A stretch of DNA of 31,669 nucleotides from positions 1 through 31,669 of IMG/VR virus record IMGVR_UViG_3300022670_000078, one strand, 5' to 3'. Positions 1-8,535 of the stretch are shown here, piece by piece (position 1 is the first letter of the stretch; the number at the start of each line of letters is the position of its first letter). The DNA is from a virus (Duplodnaviria > Caudoviricetes). Made by a program: the position numbers and the translations under genes. The notes below the pieces were generated by a model. It searched no databases. It was not told the DNA's origin and saw nothing but the letters and a program-made list of their open reading frames with translations.

Positions 1-1
1 A

Positions 2-199
2 GAACGTTATGCGTTTGATGTGCACAATCAAGAGGCCGTGTTACTAAGCTATAACCGTAAACATAAGGTACAGTTGCGCGGTGCTGACACAATGAACTCT
101 AACGTGGGCACTAAGTTTATACACAGTGATTCAATCGGTAAGAACGTACACTCTTACTTCATATTAAATGGCGTTGATTATTATACAGCAGGGGCATAG
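2..199 (+). CDS. 3' end of a hypothetical early protein (truncated by window edge)
   Basis: Open frame ERYAFDVHNQ...GVDYYTAGA* ending at TAG 197-199, just before the next ATG at 201; translated by hand. Confidence 0.6.
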   Translation, partial: ERYAFDVHNQEAVLLSYNRKHKVQLRGADTMNSNVGTKFIHSDSIGKNVHSYFILNGVDYYTAGA

Positions 200-200
200 C

Positions 201-401
201 ATGAAGAACTTAACAGCGGGACACCTAATAAACAATGGCGGTGGTGAATTCTATCCCTTTAGGGTAGTGGCACAAGGTACGTTTGACGCCCTTAAATGGC
301 ACGTGGTGTGGCCTAATGGTAGCTACACAGTATGTAATTACGATAGGGTACACGATGCATGTAACAAAGCCCGTCTATTATTCTCTGTATGGAGTGCATA
401 G
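201..401 (+). CDS. hypothetical early protein (66 aa)
   Basis: ORF track 168..401; ATG 201 follows AGGGG SD-like sequence and the upstream stop. Confidence 0.65.
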   Translation: MKNLTAGHLINNGGGEFYPFRVVAQGTFDALKWHVVWPNGSYTVCNYDRVHDACNKARLLFSVWSA

Positions 402-556
402 CTAGTAGCCTAGTGCCTGAAGAGAACCCACTAACAGCGCGTGAACTTGCATTCACTGGACGTGGTAAAGGGGGCAAACATTCAAGCAAGCGAGGCAATA
501 CCGCCAGCCTTAAGCGTGCATCAACTAAGCGTAATAACATACGCAAGTTTGGCTAG
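389..556 (+). CDS. small basic hypothetical protein (55 aa)
   Basis: Hand-translated MECIASSLVPEENPLTARELAFTGRGKGGKHSSKRGNTASLKRASTKRNNIRKFG*; fills the gap between genes; weak RBS. Confidence 0.45.
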   Translation: MECIASSLVPEENPLTARELAFTGRGKGGKHSSKRGNTASLKRASTKRNNIRKFG

Positions 557-565
557 TTGATAGCC

Positions 566-614
566 TATAGCAGGGTGCTAGCCTGTTATGTGATATTAAC
601 TAACAACAAGGTAG
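566..614 (+). promoter_or_regulatory. intergenic stem-loop followed by an A/C-rich leader and RBS (AACAAGGTAG)
   Basis: ATAGCAGG-gtgctag-CCTGTTAT hairpin with one G-U pair; leader TATTAACTAACAACAAGGTAG recurs at 2378-2400. Confidence 0.45.
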
Positions 615-621
615 AACTATT

Positions 622-780
622 ATGAGTGTAGCAGTGGCAGATGTCCGTGATTTAATCAACGAGCTGGAAGAGGTGGCATACCTCCTTGATAGCGGTGACT
701 TTCAATCAGCTTATGATGAGCTTGAGAATCAACAGGGTACCATCGGTACCATCGCCTCACATATAGAGGAGCTACTATGA
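622..780 (+). CDS. small acidic hypothetical protein (52 aa)
   Basis: MSVAVADVRDLINELEEVAYLLDSGDFQSAYDELENQQGTIGTIASHIEELL*; AAGGT SD; ATGA overlap with next gene. Confidence 0.75.
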   Translation: MSVAVADVRDLINELEEVAYLLDSGDFQSAYDELENQQGTIGTIASHIEELL

Positions 781-1289
781 ATAACTTACACACGCTATTA
801 ATAAACGAGGTGCCAGCTATACAATCACAGCTTGCATCTATAAACAGAGGGGGCTGTGCTATATTCGCGCACCAATTACACCTCGCACTAGCTAGCAGAG
901 GCATAGCCTCCGACATAGTATTGGTGGAGTATTCATGGTATGACGCGGACGATGTAAACTCTATGCTTGTTGCCCATAATACCACGGACATTAACGAGGT
1001 ATATATGGACGAGCTTATAGAGTATGTCAGTGATGAATTTGACCCGTGTATAGGGCACCTGTGCGTAGCAGTAGGGGGCAAGTTGTATGATGATAGTGGT
1101 GTAGTCTCACATACTATTATCAGTGACCCTATTGACGCTGATGTAGCAGAACTGTTAGTAGAGAAGGTATCATGGAACCCTACGTTTTTAGACTCCAACT
1201 CATGTGATATGAAGGGTGCACAGGCTATCATGTCTAGCTTTTTCACTAATGTATTCAGTAATCTAACTGACAGCGAGGTAGTCGCATGA
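777..1289 (+). CDS. acidic early protein with possible transglutaminase/papain-like Cys-His-Asp motif
   Basis: GAGGAG SD; GGCAIFAHQL ... GHLCVAVGGKLYDDSG pattern. Confidence 0.6.
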   Translation: MNNLHTLLINEVPAIQSQLASINRGGCAIFAHQLHLALASRGIASDIVLVEYSWYDADDVNSMLVAHNTTDINEVYMDELIEYVSDEFDPCIGHLCVAVGGKLYDDSGVVSHTIISDPIDADVAELLVEKVSWNPTFLDSNSCDMKGAQAIMSSFFTNVFSNLTDSEVVA

Positions 1290-1462
1290 GTAAGAAACTA
1301 ACGCCAGCACAGGTCAATGATAAATTCATGGCAGACATGCGAGCAAGGGGGCATGAAACAATCTTTGCATTGGAACTACCACACCCTGCTAGTACACGTA
1401 ACTGCCAGCTAATACTGGCAAGACAGGGCAATCTAATTTACATACGTGAGGAGGTCGCATGA
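1286..1462 (+). CDS. hypothetical protein (58 aa)
   Basis: MSKKLTPAQVNDKFMADMRARGHETIF...IREEVA*; GAGGT SD; ATGA overlaps at both ends. Confidence 0.7.
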   Translation: MSKKLTPAQVNDKFMADMRARGHETIFALELPHPASTRNCQLILARQGNLIYIREEVA

Positions 1463-1596
1463 TTAAACCCCACTTGTTTAAACGCTTTGGGTACTGGCGT
1501 GTATCACGTAGACCTAAGCCGTACGGTGCAACGGACAAAGCATGGCACCTTGCACACTTACATGCTATACAACTAAACAATAAACTCAGGGAGTAG
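1459..1596 (+). CDS. hypothetical protein (45 aa)
   Basis: MIKPHLFKRFGYWRVSRRPKPYG...NKLRE*; GGAGG SD; ATGA overlap. Confidence 0.65.
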   Translation: MIKPHLFKRFGYWRVSRRPKPYGATDKAWHLAHLHAIQLNNKLRE

Positions 1597-1600
1597 CACC

Positions 1601-1840
1601 ATGGATAAGGCAATTTGTGTAGTACTTGAAGTGGGTACGGGTGGTAACCCCTCCGTGATGTCAGCCTCATGTATTGGGGAGCGTACCATAGTACGTAAGG
1701 TGTGTGACTTGCCTGAACAGCAACCAGCACATGCAATAGCATTGCTAATGTGTCACCAAAAGAAATGGCCTACTGACCTAGTGTATGGGCTGTTACCTAA
1801 TGGCACTGAGGTCTTTTGTTTCAGAGAAAGCGGGAGATAG
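1601..1840 (+). CDS. hypothetical protein
   Basis: ORF with GGGAG SD, packed in the operon. Confidence 0.7.
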   Translation: MDKAICVVLEVGTGGNPSVMSASCIGERTIVRKVCDLPEQQPAHAIALLMCHQKKWPTDLVYGLLPNGTEVFCFRESGR

Positions 1841-1843
1841 CTG

Positions 1844-2209
1844 ATGACGGCATTAGAATTGGATGCATACCTAGCTAAGAAGTATGTCAACAAGGTAAGC
1901 AAATGTGCTACTGATGACATGGCCTTTGAACTAACCTTTGCAGAGTTCAAGAAGGTGATGACTGCTAAACGTTGTAAGTATACGGACGTACTGCTCACCT
2001 ATCAGAGGGGAGTAGTGCAGATTGATAGCGATGTCACTATAGACAGAATAGATAATAACAAGGGGTATGTTAAGGGTAATGTAGTGGCCTGTTGTCACGG
2101 GTACAACGCATTCAAAGCTATCCTTGAGCACCCAGACACGTTCATTACATTCGAGCTACTGCATAAGGCAGTGGCGGTGCAGGTTAAGCTGATGGGGAGG
2201 TGTCCATAG
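1844..2209 (+). CDS. HNH-fold protein resembling the T4 Srd-like family
   Basis: FELTFAEFKKVMTAKRCKYT...TIDRIDNNKGYVKGNVVACC...N beta-beta-alpha-metal-like motif. Confidence 0.6.
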   Translation: MTALELDAYLAKKYVNKVSKCATDDMAFELTFAEFKKVMTAKRCKYTDVLLTYQRGVVQIDSDVTIDRIDNNKGYVKGNVVACCHGYNAFKAILEHPDTFITFELLHKAVAVQVKLMGRCP

Positions 2210-2406
2210 CTACAAGACTAAGTAACGGGTTACGAATGCTGCTAGTGACAGCCCTCGTGACAATGCTAGTAGGACAATCACTAACAAGGGTAGCCTGTGC
2301 ACTGTGGTGGTACATCGTTATGGTCATAGGATGGGGCATTATATTACTGCCCTTCACCTTAGTAATACTTTATTTTATATTAATCTAATCAACAAGGTAG
2401 GTCGCT

Positions 2407-2721
2407 ATGAAAGTTTTATCCCCTCACTTCTTCATGGAAGTATTAGTTAAAAAGTTACACACAACAGTGGACAAATACGCCACGCTTAATCGTGAAGGTA
2501 ACACAATCCTGTACACTACCAAGGCACAGCCTAAGCTCAAGCAAACCATAAGCTTAGCCCAAGGTAAGCGTATCTTTGAAGACCTGTATGGTGCCATTGA
2601 GCAACGATGGGTGGTGACACCTGAGTATGCCGCACTGCAGGCACGTAAGGATAAGGCTATCAGTCGTAGAGCTAAGCGTAACACACGTAAGCCTCGTACA
2701 TTCAACAAGGGGTATGCTTAA
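2407..2721 (+). CDS. hypothetical basic protein
   Basis: ORF preceded by AACAAGGTAGG leader; Arg/Lys-rich C-terminus. Confidence 0.7.
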   Translation: MKVLSPHFFMEVLVKKLHTTVDKYATLNREGNTILYTTKAQPKLKQTISLAQGKRIFEDLYGAIEQRWVVTPEYAALQARKDKAISRRAKRNTRKPRTFNKGYA

Positions 2722-3034
2722 GAACAACATCATGGGTGAGCTGCTTGATGTTATCAAGACTAAGCTACTGAGTAGTAAGTTCACTGTGGGTCAGCGTTGT
2801 GAGATGTATGCGCCAGCAGCTAAGGAGCTTGTACGCGTGTATGGTGCTAAGTTCCATGACTCTAAGGGGTATAGCTTCACAGTAACGCTGGTACATGCCA
2901 ACATGTTATGGACTAATGATATAACGTATGGGAAAAATATAGAAGGGGAAGCCAGCCCTCCTCCTCATCATACATATGGTGTGCCTATACCCTCTGTAAT
3001 TAATAGGTTTATACGGCCTGTAACAGGTGAGTGA
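2714..3034 (+). CDS. hypothetical protein
   Basis: ORF track 2627..3034; likely start ATG 2714 or 2731-region after AAGGGG. Confidence 0.55.
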   Translation: MLKNNIMGELLDVIKTKLLSSKFTVGQRCEMYAPAAKELVRVYGAKFHDSKGYSFTVTLVHANMLWTNDITYGKNIEGEASPPPHHTYGVPIPSVINRFIRPVTGE

Positions 3035-3854
3035 CTACAAGCAGTCAGTGACTGAGCAGGTGTTGTCTCTACCTGAGGGGTGCAGTACACGGGGGATATG
3101 TCCCAAGTGTGGCACTACCTCTGCCTTCAGCATGACACGTAACAGCAGTGAGATAATGTACATATGTTTCAGTGCTACATGTGGCTTGAAGGGTGTTATA
3201 ACCTCGAAGGGTAGTGATAGTACAGGCTTAGAACAAAACGTTATTAGACAGCATAAACTATTTAATGGTAACCTGTCTGTCTTACATGCACACGAGGAGG
3301 ACTATCTACACGATACATTCCTCATAGATTATGAATGGTTACATGCTGTTAGGTTCTCTGAGCAGGACATGAGGGTGTACTACCCGCAGTATGATGTGAT
3401 GGGCAGGGTGGCAGGATATATAGCCAGACATTACCCCGCATTGGACGGGGACATGCCTACCAAGGGAGCCAAGGCATACTGGAAGCAAGCAATACAAGGT
3501 GACATTGGCCTATGCTTTCCTAACATGAATGTGTTGCAACAAGTGGTGACAACCAAGCGTATGTGTGTGGTGGAGGATTACCCCTCTACCTTGCGCATTA
3601 ACTCACAGATAGGTATGCCTACGTGCTGCTTAGGAGGTACTAGTATATATGAGAGACACATCAGCACCATGCTATCACTAGGTGTTACAGAGTTAATCAT
3701 TCTGCTTGATGCAGATGCAGTAACCAAGGCTATCAAGCTTAAGCGTAGCTTATCCTTAGCCTTTGATAATGTACATGTCATACCCCTGCTGGGAGCAGAC
3801 CCCAAGGACATGACAGTGCAGGAATTAAACAAAACATTCGAGGGTATATTATGA
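3027..3854 (+). CDS. DNA primase (Zn-finger + Toprim), separate from the helicase
   Basis: CPKC...CFSATC zinc-binding domain; VVED, LGGT and LLDADA Toprim motifs; DPKD near the C-terminus. Confidence 0.9.
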   Translation: MSDYKQSVTEQVLSLPEGCSTRGICPKCGTTSAFSMTRNSSEIMYICFSATCGLKGVITSKGSDSTGLEQNVIRQHKLFNGNLSVLHAHEEDYLHDTFLIDYEWLHAVRFSEQDMRVYYPQYDVMGRVAGYIARHYPALDGDMPTKGAKAYWKQAIQGDIGLCFPNMNVLQQVVTTKRMCVVEDYPSTLRINSQIGMPTCCLGGTSIYERHISTMLSLGVTELIILLDADAVTKAIKLKRSLSLAFDNVHVIPLLGADPKDMTVQELNKTFEGIL

Positions 3855-4057
3855 AAATTAAATTTAATAACAGAACAGACACAGGCTTCTTATATTACTC
3901 TTTCCATAAGGAGTACAAGCACCATACGCTGCCTGCCACTAAGGATGATGGTGGTTACCTTGTAGAATTTCCTGTACCTGTAGGAGACATCGCAGTCCTG
4001 AAGACGTTATGGTGGTACCATGCGGACGTAGTGGAGGTGCTTCATGTGCAGCACTAA
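3851..4057 (+). CDS. hypothetical protein
   Basis: GAGGG SD; ATGA overlap with primase. Confidence 0.7.
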   Translation: MKIKFNNRTDTGFLYYSFHKEYKHHTLPATKDDGGYLVEFPVPVGDIAVLKTLWWYHADVVEVLHVQH

Positions 4058-4283
4058 ATCAGCAGGCAAGGTTAAGTTATTAAAGGCAGCGTTAGACTGC
4101 TACCCTAACTTAGCCCCAGCAGTGGGGCATGCATTGCCCTGTAGTACAGAAGACTTTGGCGATGGTAACAAGTTGTTCAAGGTACCAGCAGAAGAGTTAG
4201 AGAAGTTGGGATGTAACGTAGGTACATGCGGACAGCCCTTCCCTTTTTACGGTGAAGAAGTAGAGGAGTTAAACTTACTATGA
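4044..4283 (+). CDS. hypothetical protein
   Basis: GGAGGT SD; overlaps neighbours. Confidence 0.7.
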   Translation: MCSTKSAGKVKLLKAALDCYPNLAPAVGHALPCSTEDFGDGNKLFKVPAEELEKLGCNVGTCGQPFPFYGEEVEELNLL

Positions 4284-4498
4284 GTAATCCATTTAAAGCC
4301 GGCGATAAAATTACAGTGGAACCAGCAAGCGACGCAGAGCAGGCGTGTGCCCGAGACACTACTACAGGTAAAAGTTATACCTTACTTGAGGTAGACACTT
4401 ATACATGCACTAAGGGCAAGCATGATGTGAAATTTATAGATGATGCAGGAGATGAGGTACACTTACGCCCCGAGTCAGTTACCCTGTCCAAGGAGTAA
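4280..4498 (+). CDS. hypothetical protein (SH3-like small beta-barrel)
   Basis: NPFKAGDKITV...FIDDAGD pattern; GAGGAG SD. Confidence 0.7.
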   Translation: MSNPFKAGDKITVEPASDAEQACARDTTTGKSYTLLEVDTYTCTKGKHDVKFIDDAGDEVHLRPESVTLSKE

Positions 4499-4502
4499 GC
4501 CA

Positions 4503-5723
4503 ATGAACGAGGGCAGTATACTATCAGCATTGATACAGTCCCGTGAAGCTTATGATGCAGTGATACCTTACCATGATGATGGTGACTTCAGTGATATGGG
4601 GGAGCTGATATTCAAGGAGCTAGTTAAGTATTATAATCGTGATAGTACAGCTAGTGAGATGGATAAGCAGTCGCTACTTAGCAGACTGTCAAGGTGCTAC
4701 CCCAAGCACATCGCTAAGTTTGATTCATTCTTAAGTAAGCTAACGCCCGTGTCAGTGGATAACATCCTCGATGACTACAGGGCTATGAAGTCCGACAGTC
4801 TAGGGGAACTGATAGGGGGCTACTTGTTAGCTAAAGAACACAGCAAGGCTGCGCCCTTACTTGAAAGGTACAACAGCATACAGGCTGATGGGTTACAGAA
4901 CGAGGTGGATGCACCTATAGTGTATGCTGATGCAGATGTGGAAACCTTTGCTGAGTCACTCACTACCAAGAACAGAATACCTATAGCACCACGAGAATTG
5001 AATGATGCTTTTGATGGAGGACTTATAGCAGGCAGTCATACCTTAGTGTATGCTCCGCCTGAGACAGGTAAGACAGCGTTCGCTATCAACACAGCGTATG
5101 CAATAGCATGTACCAAGCGGACACGTGAAGGGGACAAGTGCTTATACATAGGCAATGAAGAGGCAGCTGACATGTACTTGATGAGGCTACTATGCCGCTT
5201 CACTCAGTGGGATGCTGAGCAAGTACAAGAGGACAGGGCAGGGGCTATGGAGCTAGCCCGTGAGAGAGGATGGGGTAACCTAACCTTTGTACATCTATCA
5301 CCGGGCACGGTGGCACAGGTGCAGGCTCTTATCCTTGAGCATAAGCCTAAGGTGTGTATCATTGACCAACTATCCAACCTGATACTAGGGAAGGGTAAGG
5401 AACCTGAGAAGACACAGCTACTGGAGAAGCTAGCCTACGCTATGCGTATGTTTTATAGCAGAAATAAAGTGGCAGGTGTAAGCATGGCACAGGCAGATGA
5501 GAAGGCAATAGGTAAACTATACCTGACCATCAAGGATGTGTACTACAGCAACATAGGGGTGCAAGGACAGACTGATGCCATGATAGGTATCGGAATGAAT
5601 GCAGAGTACCAAGCCTCAGGGCGTAGGATACTGAACATAACCAAGAACAAGTTGGGAGGCAAGCACTTAGCTATAGTCGTACAACTTAACCAAAAGATAT
5701 CAGCATTCAAATCAATAGGATAA
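4503..5723 (+). CDS. replicative DNA helicase (DnaB/RecA-like SF4)
   Basis: Walker A YAPPETGKT, YIGNEE, Walker B IIDQL, MAQAD, ITKNKLGG; start ATG 4503 after AAGGAG. Confidence 0.92.
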   Translation: MNEGSILSALIQSREAYDAVIPYHDDGDFSDMGELIFKELVKYYNRDSTASEMDKQSLLSRLSRCYPKHIAKFDSFLSKLTPVSVDNILDDYRAMKSDSLGELIGGYLLAKEHSKAAPLLERYNSIQADGLQNEVDAPIVYADADVETFAESLTTKNRIPIAPRELNDAFDGGLIAGSHTLVYAPPETGKTAFAINTAYAIACTKRTREGDKCLYIGNEEAADMYLMRLLCRFTQWDAEQVQEDRAGAMELARERGWGNLTFVHLSPGTVAQVQALILEHKPKVCIIDQLSNLILGKGKEPEKTQLLEKLAYAMRMFYSRNKVAGVSMAQADEKAIGKLYLTIKDVYYSNIGVQGQTDAMIGIGMNAEYQASGRRILNITKNKLGGKHLAIVVQLNQKISAFKSIG

Positions 5724-5728
5724 TTATT

Positions 5729-5944
5729 ATGTCTAAGTTAAATTCTACAACAAAGCATGCACCAGAGGAGGGGCTAGTGTTTCCCTGCCTACGGGAACAC
5801 AAGAACACAGGAGCTATCTTCCTCTTCAGTGATGAGCTTGAGGCAGTCATACTATCAGGGGTGCAATTAGGTAGCTGCATCAATACGTGCACTCAGGAAA
5901 ACTTCAAGCCCTTTCATGGGGATGTAATCATTACACAGGAGTAG
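5729..5944 (+). CDS. hypothetical protein
   Basis: ORF between helicase and ferredoxin; AGGA SD. Confidence 0.65.
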   Translation: MSKLNSTTKHAPEEGLVFPCLREHKNTGAIFLFSDELEAVILSGVQLGSCINTCTQENFKPFHGDVIITQE

Positions 5945-5947
5945 GCT

Positions 5948-6148
5948 ATGTACGTATGTAATTGCTATGGTGTAACAGAACAGGATGTCATACAACTAGC
6001 TGCAAGCGGCAGTGTTACATTCAAGGAAGTGGCACGGTACCTCAAGGACAAAGGTAGCTGTTGTAAGTGCTTGCCTAAAACGTTGGAGGTGTTTCGTGAG
6101 GAGTACTCGAAGAACATTACGTGGCACTACAGCCCACCCATTGGCTAA
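5948..6148 (+). CDS. bfd: bacterioferritin-associated ferredoxin (Bfd)-like [2Fe-2S] protein
   Basis: MYVCNCYGVTE...GSCCKC with Cys4, Cys6, Cys38 and Cys41, the Bfd C-x-C...C-x2-C spacing; AGGAG SD. Confidence 0.85.
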   Translation: MYVCNCYGVTEQDVIQLAASGSVTFKEVARYLKDKGSCCKCLPKTLEVFREEYSKNITWHYSPPIG

Positions 6149-6161
6149 GCTACCCAAGGCT

Positions 6162-8078
6162 ATGCTTAAGGCATTGCCTAAGTTCTTACTGATGCCAGAC
6201 CCTGACATATATTTGTCGGATAATTTTATAGTAATAGACTTAGAGACTAACACTAAGGGAGATGCACGTAGCCCTCAGCCTTGTTGGCCTGCTAACAGTA
6301 TCGTATGTGGTAGCTGGTGCATTGGGATGAGAGGTGAGGCACACAATGTATATGGTAATGAGTTAGAGATGGGGGAGTTAGTAGAAGCAATGGAGGATGC
6401 TGACTTTATCATAGCTCACAACGGTAAGTTTGATACGGGATGGTTGCAACGAGCAGGCATAGACCTACGCAAGCTGATACTGTATGACACCATGATAGCT
6501 GAGTACTGTCTCAATGGTAACTTACAGACGGAGCTATCGTTAGATGCCCTGTCCACTAGTTACCTAGGCAAGAGCAAGGCACCTTACATTAACCTATGCA
6601 TGAAGGGGAAGGTAGACCCTGAAGACATGCCACGTAGCAAGCTGATTGACAGGTGTAACTGGGACATACTACAAACCCGTGACTTATTCTTGCATCAGTT
6701 GGATGTAATCTGTGAGAGGGGTATGCTTGGCCACGTATACACTAGGTGTCTGTTGTCTACAGCCCTAGCTTCTATCGAGTCTATGGGCATGCACATTGAT
6801 GCAGATGCAGTGAACACACGTTACCGTGAGTCTGCTGTCAAGCTAGCAGCCGCTAGTGCAGAGTTAGATATATTCACAGGAGGTATCAACCCCCGTAGTC
6901 CTAAGCAAGTGAAGGAGTTTGTGTACGAGGTACTTAAGTTCAAGCCCAAGCGTAGAGGCAAGGAGCCGATATACAGTACCAAGATAGATGACCTACTGCA
7001 GCTGAAGGCTACCACTAAGCGCCAGCGTGAGTTTGTCAGGCTTAAGAAGGAACACTCGAAGTACAATGCAGAGGTGACTAAGAACTTACTGTTCTTTCAG
7101 GGAGTAGCAACGGACAAGCGAGATGATATACCTGAAGGGGTATTCTATGCACAGTTTAACCAGTGTGTCACCAAGACTCACAGGCTGAGCAGTAGTGGTA
7201 TCAAGCGTACCTTTGCACACTTGCTAGATGATAAGGGCAAGGAGATAACTAAGTCAGTACAGTTTCAGAACTTTAGTAGACAGTTCAAGCCTTGTTTCTC
7301 CCCTCGTAAGAAGGGATGGGTGATGGGTGAAGCTGATGGTAGTCAGTTGGAGTTCAGGGTTGCAGCCTTCTTAGGTCAGTGCCCCGTAGCTACACAAGCT
7401 ATCGTTAATAACTTAGATGTCCACACAGACACGATGAACGTACTCTGTGATGCAGGCCAGCCTACCACTAGGCAGGAAGCTAAGCCTCATACGTTTAAGC
7501 CCTTGTTTGGGGGCATGAGTGGCACGGATGCTGAGGTTAAGTATTACAAGTGGTTCAATGAACACTACTCAGGGATAGGCAAGGCACAGCAGGGATGGAT
7601 TGACACAGCACTAAGGACTAAAGAGGTGAAGATGCTACACGGCTTCAGCTTCTTCTTTCCTGACTGTCACATGCAACGTAGTGGGTATGTTACCAACAGT
7701 ACCAACATTAAGAATTACCCGGTGCAACACTTTGCAACAGCAGAGATAATACCGATAGCTGTGTTCTATATGTGGCACGCTATGAGAGATATGGAATCAT
7801 TCTTGGTTAACACCATACATGACTCCGTAATATCCGAGGTACATCCTGATGAGCATGAAGAGTTTAAGGAGTACAGCCTGCACGCATTTACAACATGTGT
7901 GTACCACTACCTCAAGGAAGTGTACGGAGTAGAGTTTAATGTACCACTAGGCATAGGCGTTAAGCTTGGTGAGCCTCATTGGGGTACAGGGAAAGAAGTT
8001 AAATGTGTTCCACTACCTCCGTATGAGATGGAAGGTATTGATTACACTGAATTAATAACGGAGTGGATAGATGACTAG
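6162..8078 (+). CDS. polA: family A DNA polymerase with 3'-5' exonuclease
   Basis: ExoI DLET, ExoII AHNGKFD, motif A DGSQLEFR, motif B RQEAKPHTFKPLFG, motif C IHDS; frame open from 6012, real start probably 6141 (TTG) or 6162 (ATG). Confidence 0.95.
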   Translation: MLKALPKFLLMPDPDIYLSDNFIVIDLETNTKGDARSPQPCWPANSIVCGSWCIGMRGEAHNVYGNELEMGELVEAMEDADFIIAHNGKFDTGWLQRAGIDLRKLILYDTMIAEYCLNGNLQTELSLDALSTSYLGKSKAPYINLCMKGKVDPEDMPRSKLIDRCNWDILQTRDLFLHQLDVICERGMLGHVYTRCLLSTALASIESMGMHIDADAVNTRYRESAVKLAAASAELDIFTGGINPRSPKQVKEFVYEVLKFKPKRRGKEPIYSTKIDDLLQLKATTKRQREFVRLKKEHSKYNAEVTKNLLFFQGVATDKRDDIPEGVFYAQFNQCVTKTHRLSSSGIKRTFAHLLDDKGKEITKSVQFQNFSRQFKPCFSPRKKGWVMGEADGSQLEFRVAAFLGQCPVATQAIVNNLDVHTDTMNVLCDAGQPTTRQEAKPHTFKPLFGGMSGTDAEVKYYKWFNEHYSGIGKAQQGWIDTALRTKEVKMLHGFSFFFPDCHMQRSGYVTNSTNIKNYPVQHFATAEIIPIAVFYMWHAMRDMESFLVNTIHDSVISEVHPDEHEEFKEYSLHAFTTCVYHYLKEVYGVEFNVPLGIGVKLGEPHWGTGKEVKCVPLPPYEMEGIDYTELITEWIDD

Positions 8079-8280
8079 ACAATTTAAGTTCAACGGGTAC
8101 CATGACAAGCCTTACTATGGTGACGGAGCGTTCACAAAAGGCAAGGTGTACCTCGTAGTAGGAGATGTGGACTATGCTGCTGGTAGAGACCCTCGTGATG
8201 CAGATGCACTCTTTGTTGATGATAACGACAAGAAGAACCATGAGGAGATACAGTACTTCACTGAGGTGACTGATGGCTAA
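8071..8280 (+). CDS. hypothetical protein (SH3-like)
   Basis: FTKGKVYLV...FVDDND pattern; overlaps polymerase stop. Confidence 0.7.
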   Translation: MTRQFKFNGYHDKPYYGDGAFTKGKVYLVVGDVDYAAGRDPRDADALFVDDNDKKNHEEIQYFTEVTDG

Positions 8281-8533
8281 ACGAATAGCAGTTAGGTACA
8301 TAGGTAATATGCATTCCCGTTGCCGGAGTATGAAGTTTATACCAGAGGGTACAGAGTTCAAGGCAGTGGAAAGCTTAGACAGCAATGGCACCTTCCAAGG
8401 TGTAATCATTAGAGGTAGTAACTTAACGAAGGCATGCAAGGGTAAGCATAAGTTTAAGTCTAAGCAGTACCTGTTTACCATAGGGGATAACCCTAAGGAA
8501 AATTCAATGGAGGTCGTAAAGGCTAAGGAGTAA
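8273..8533 (+). CDS. hypothetical protein
   Basis: GAGGTG SD; packed. Confidence 0.7.
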   Translation: MAKRIAVRYIGNMHSRCRSMKFIPEGTEFKAVESLDSNGTFQGVIIRGSNLTKACKGKHKFKSKQYLFTIGDNPKENSMEVVKAKE

Positions 8534-8535
8534 GC

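Noticed and set aside
2200-2388. 62-aa hydrophobic ORF as a membrane protein or holin
   Set aside because: GTG start directly abuts its SD, it is far from any lysin, and the region looks like structured RNA; not excluded, but not supportable
6012-6161. N-terminal extension of the polymerase ORF
   Set aside because: Overlaps the Bfd gene in another frame and has no polymerase features
6162-8078. Z-genome polymerase (DpoZ), intein or intron in the polymerase
   Set aside because: Continuous ORF of normal length; no purZ, datZ or mazZ and no splice motifs in the window
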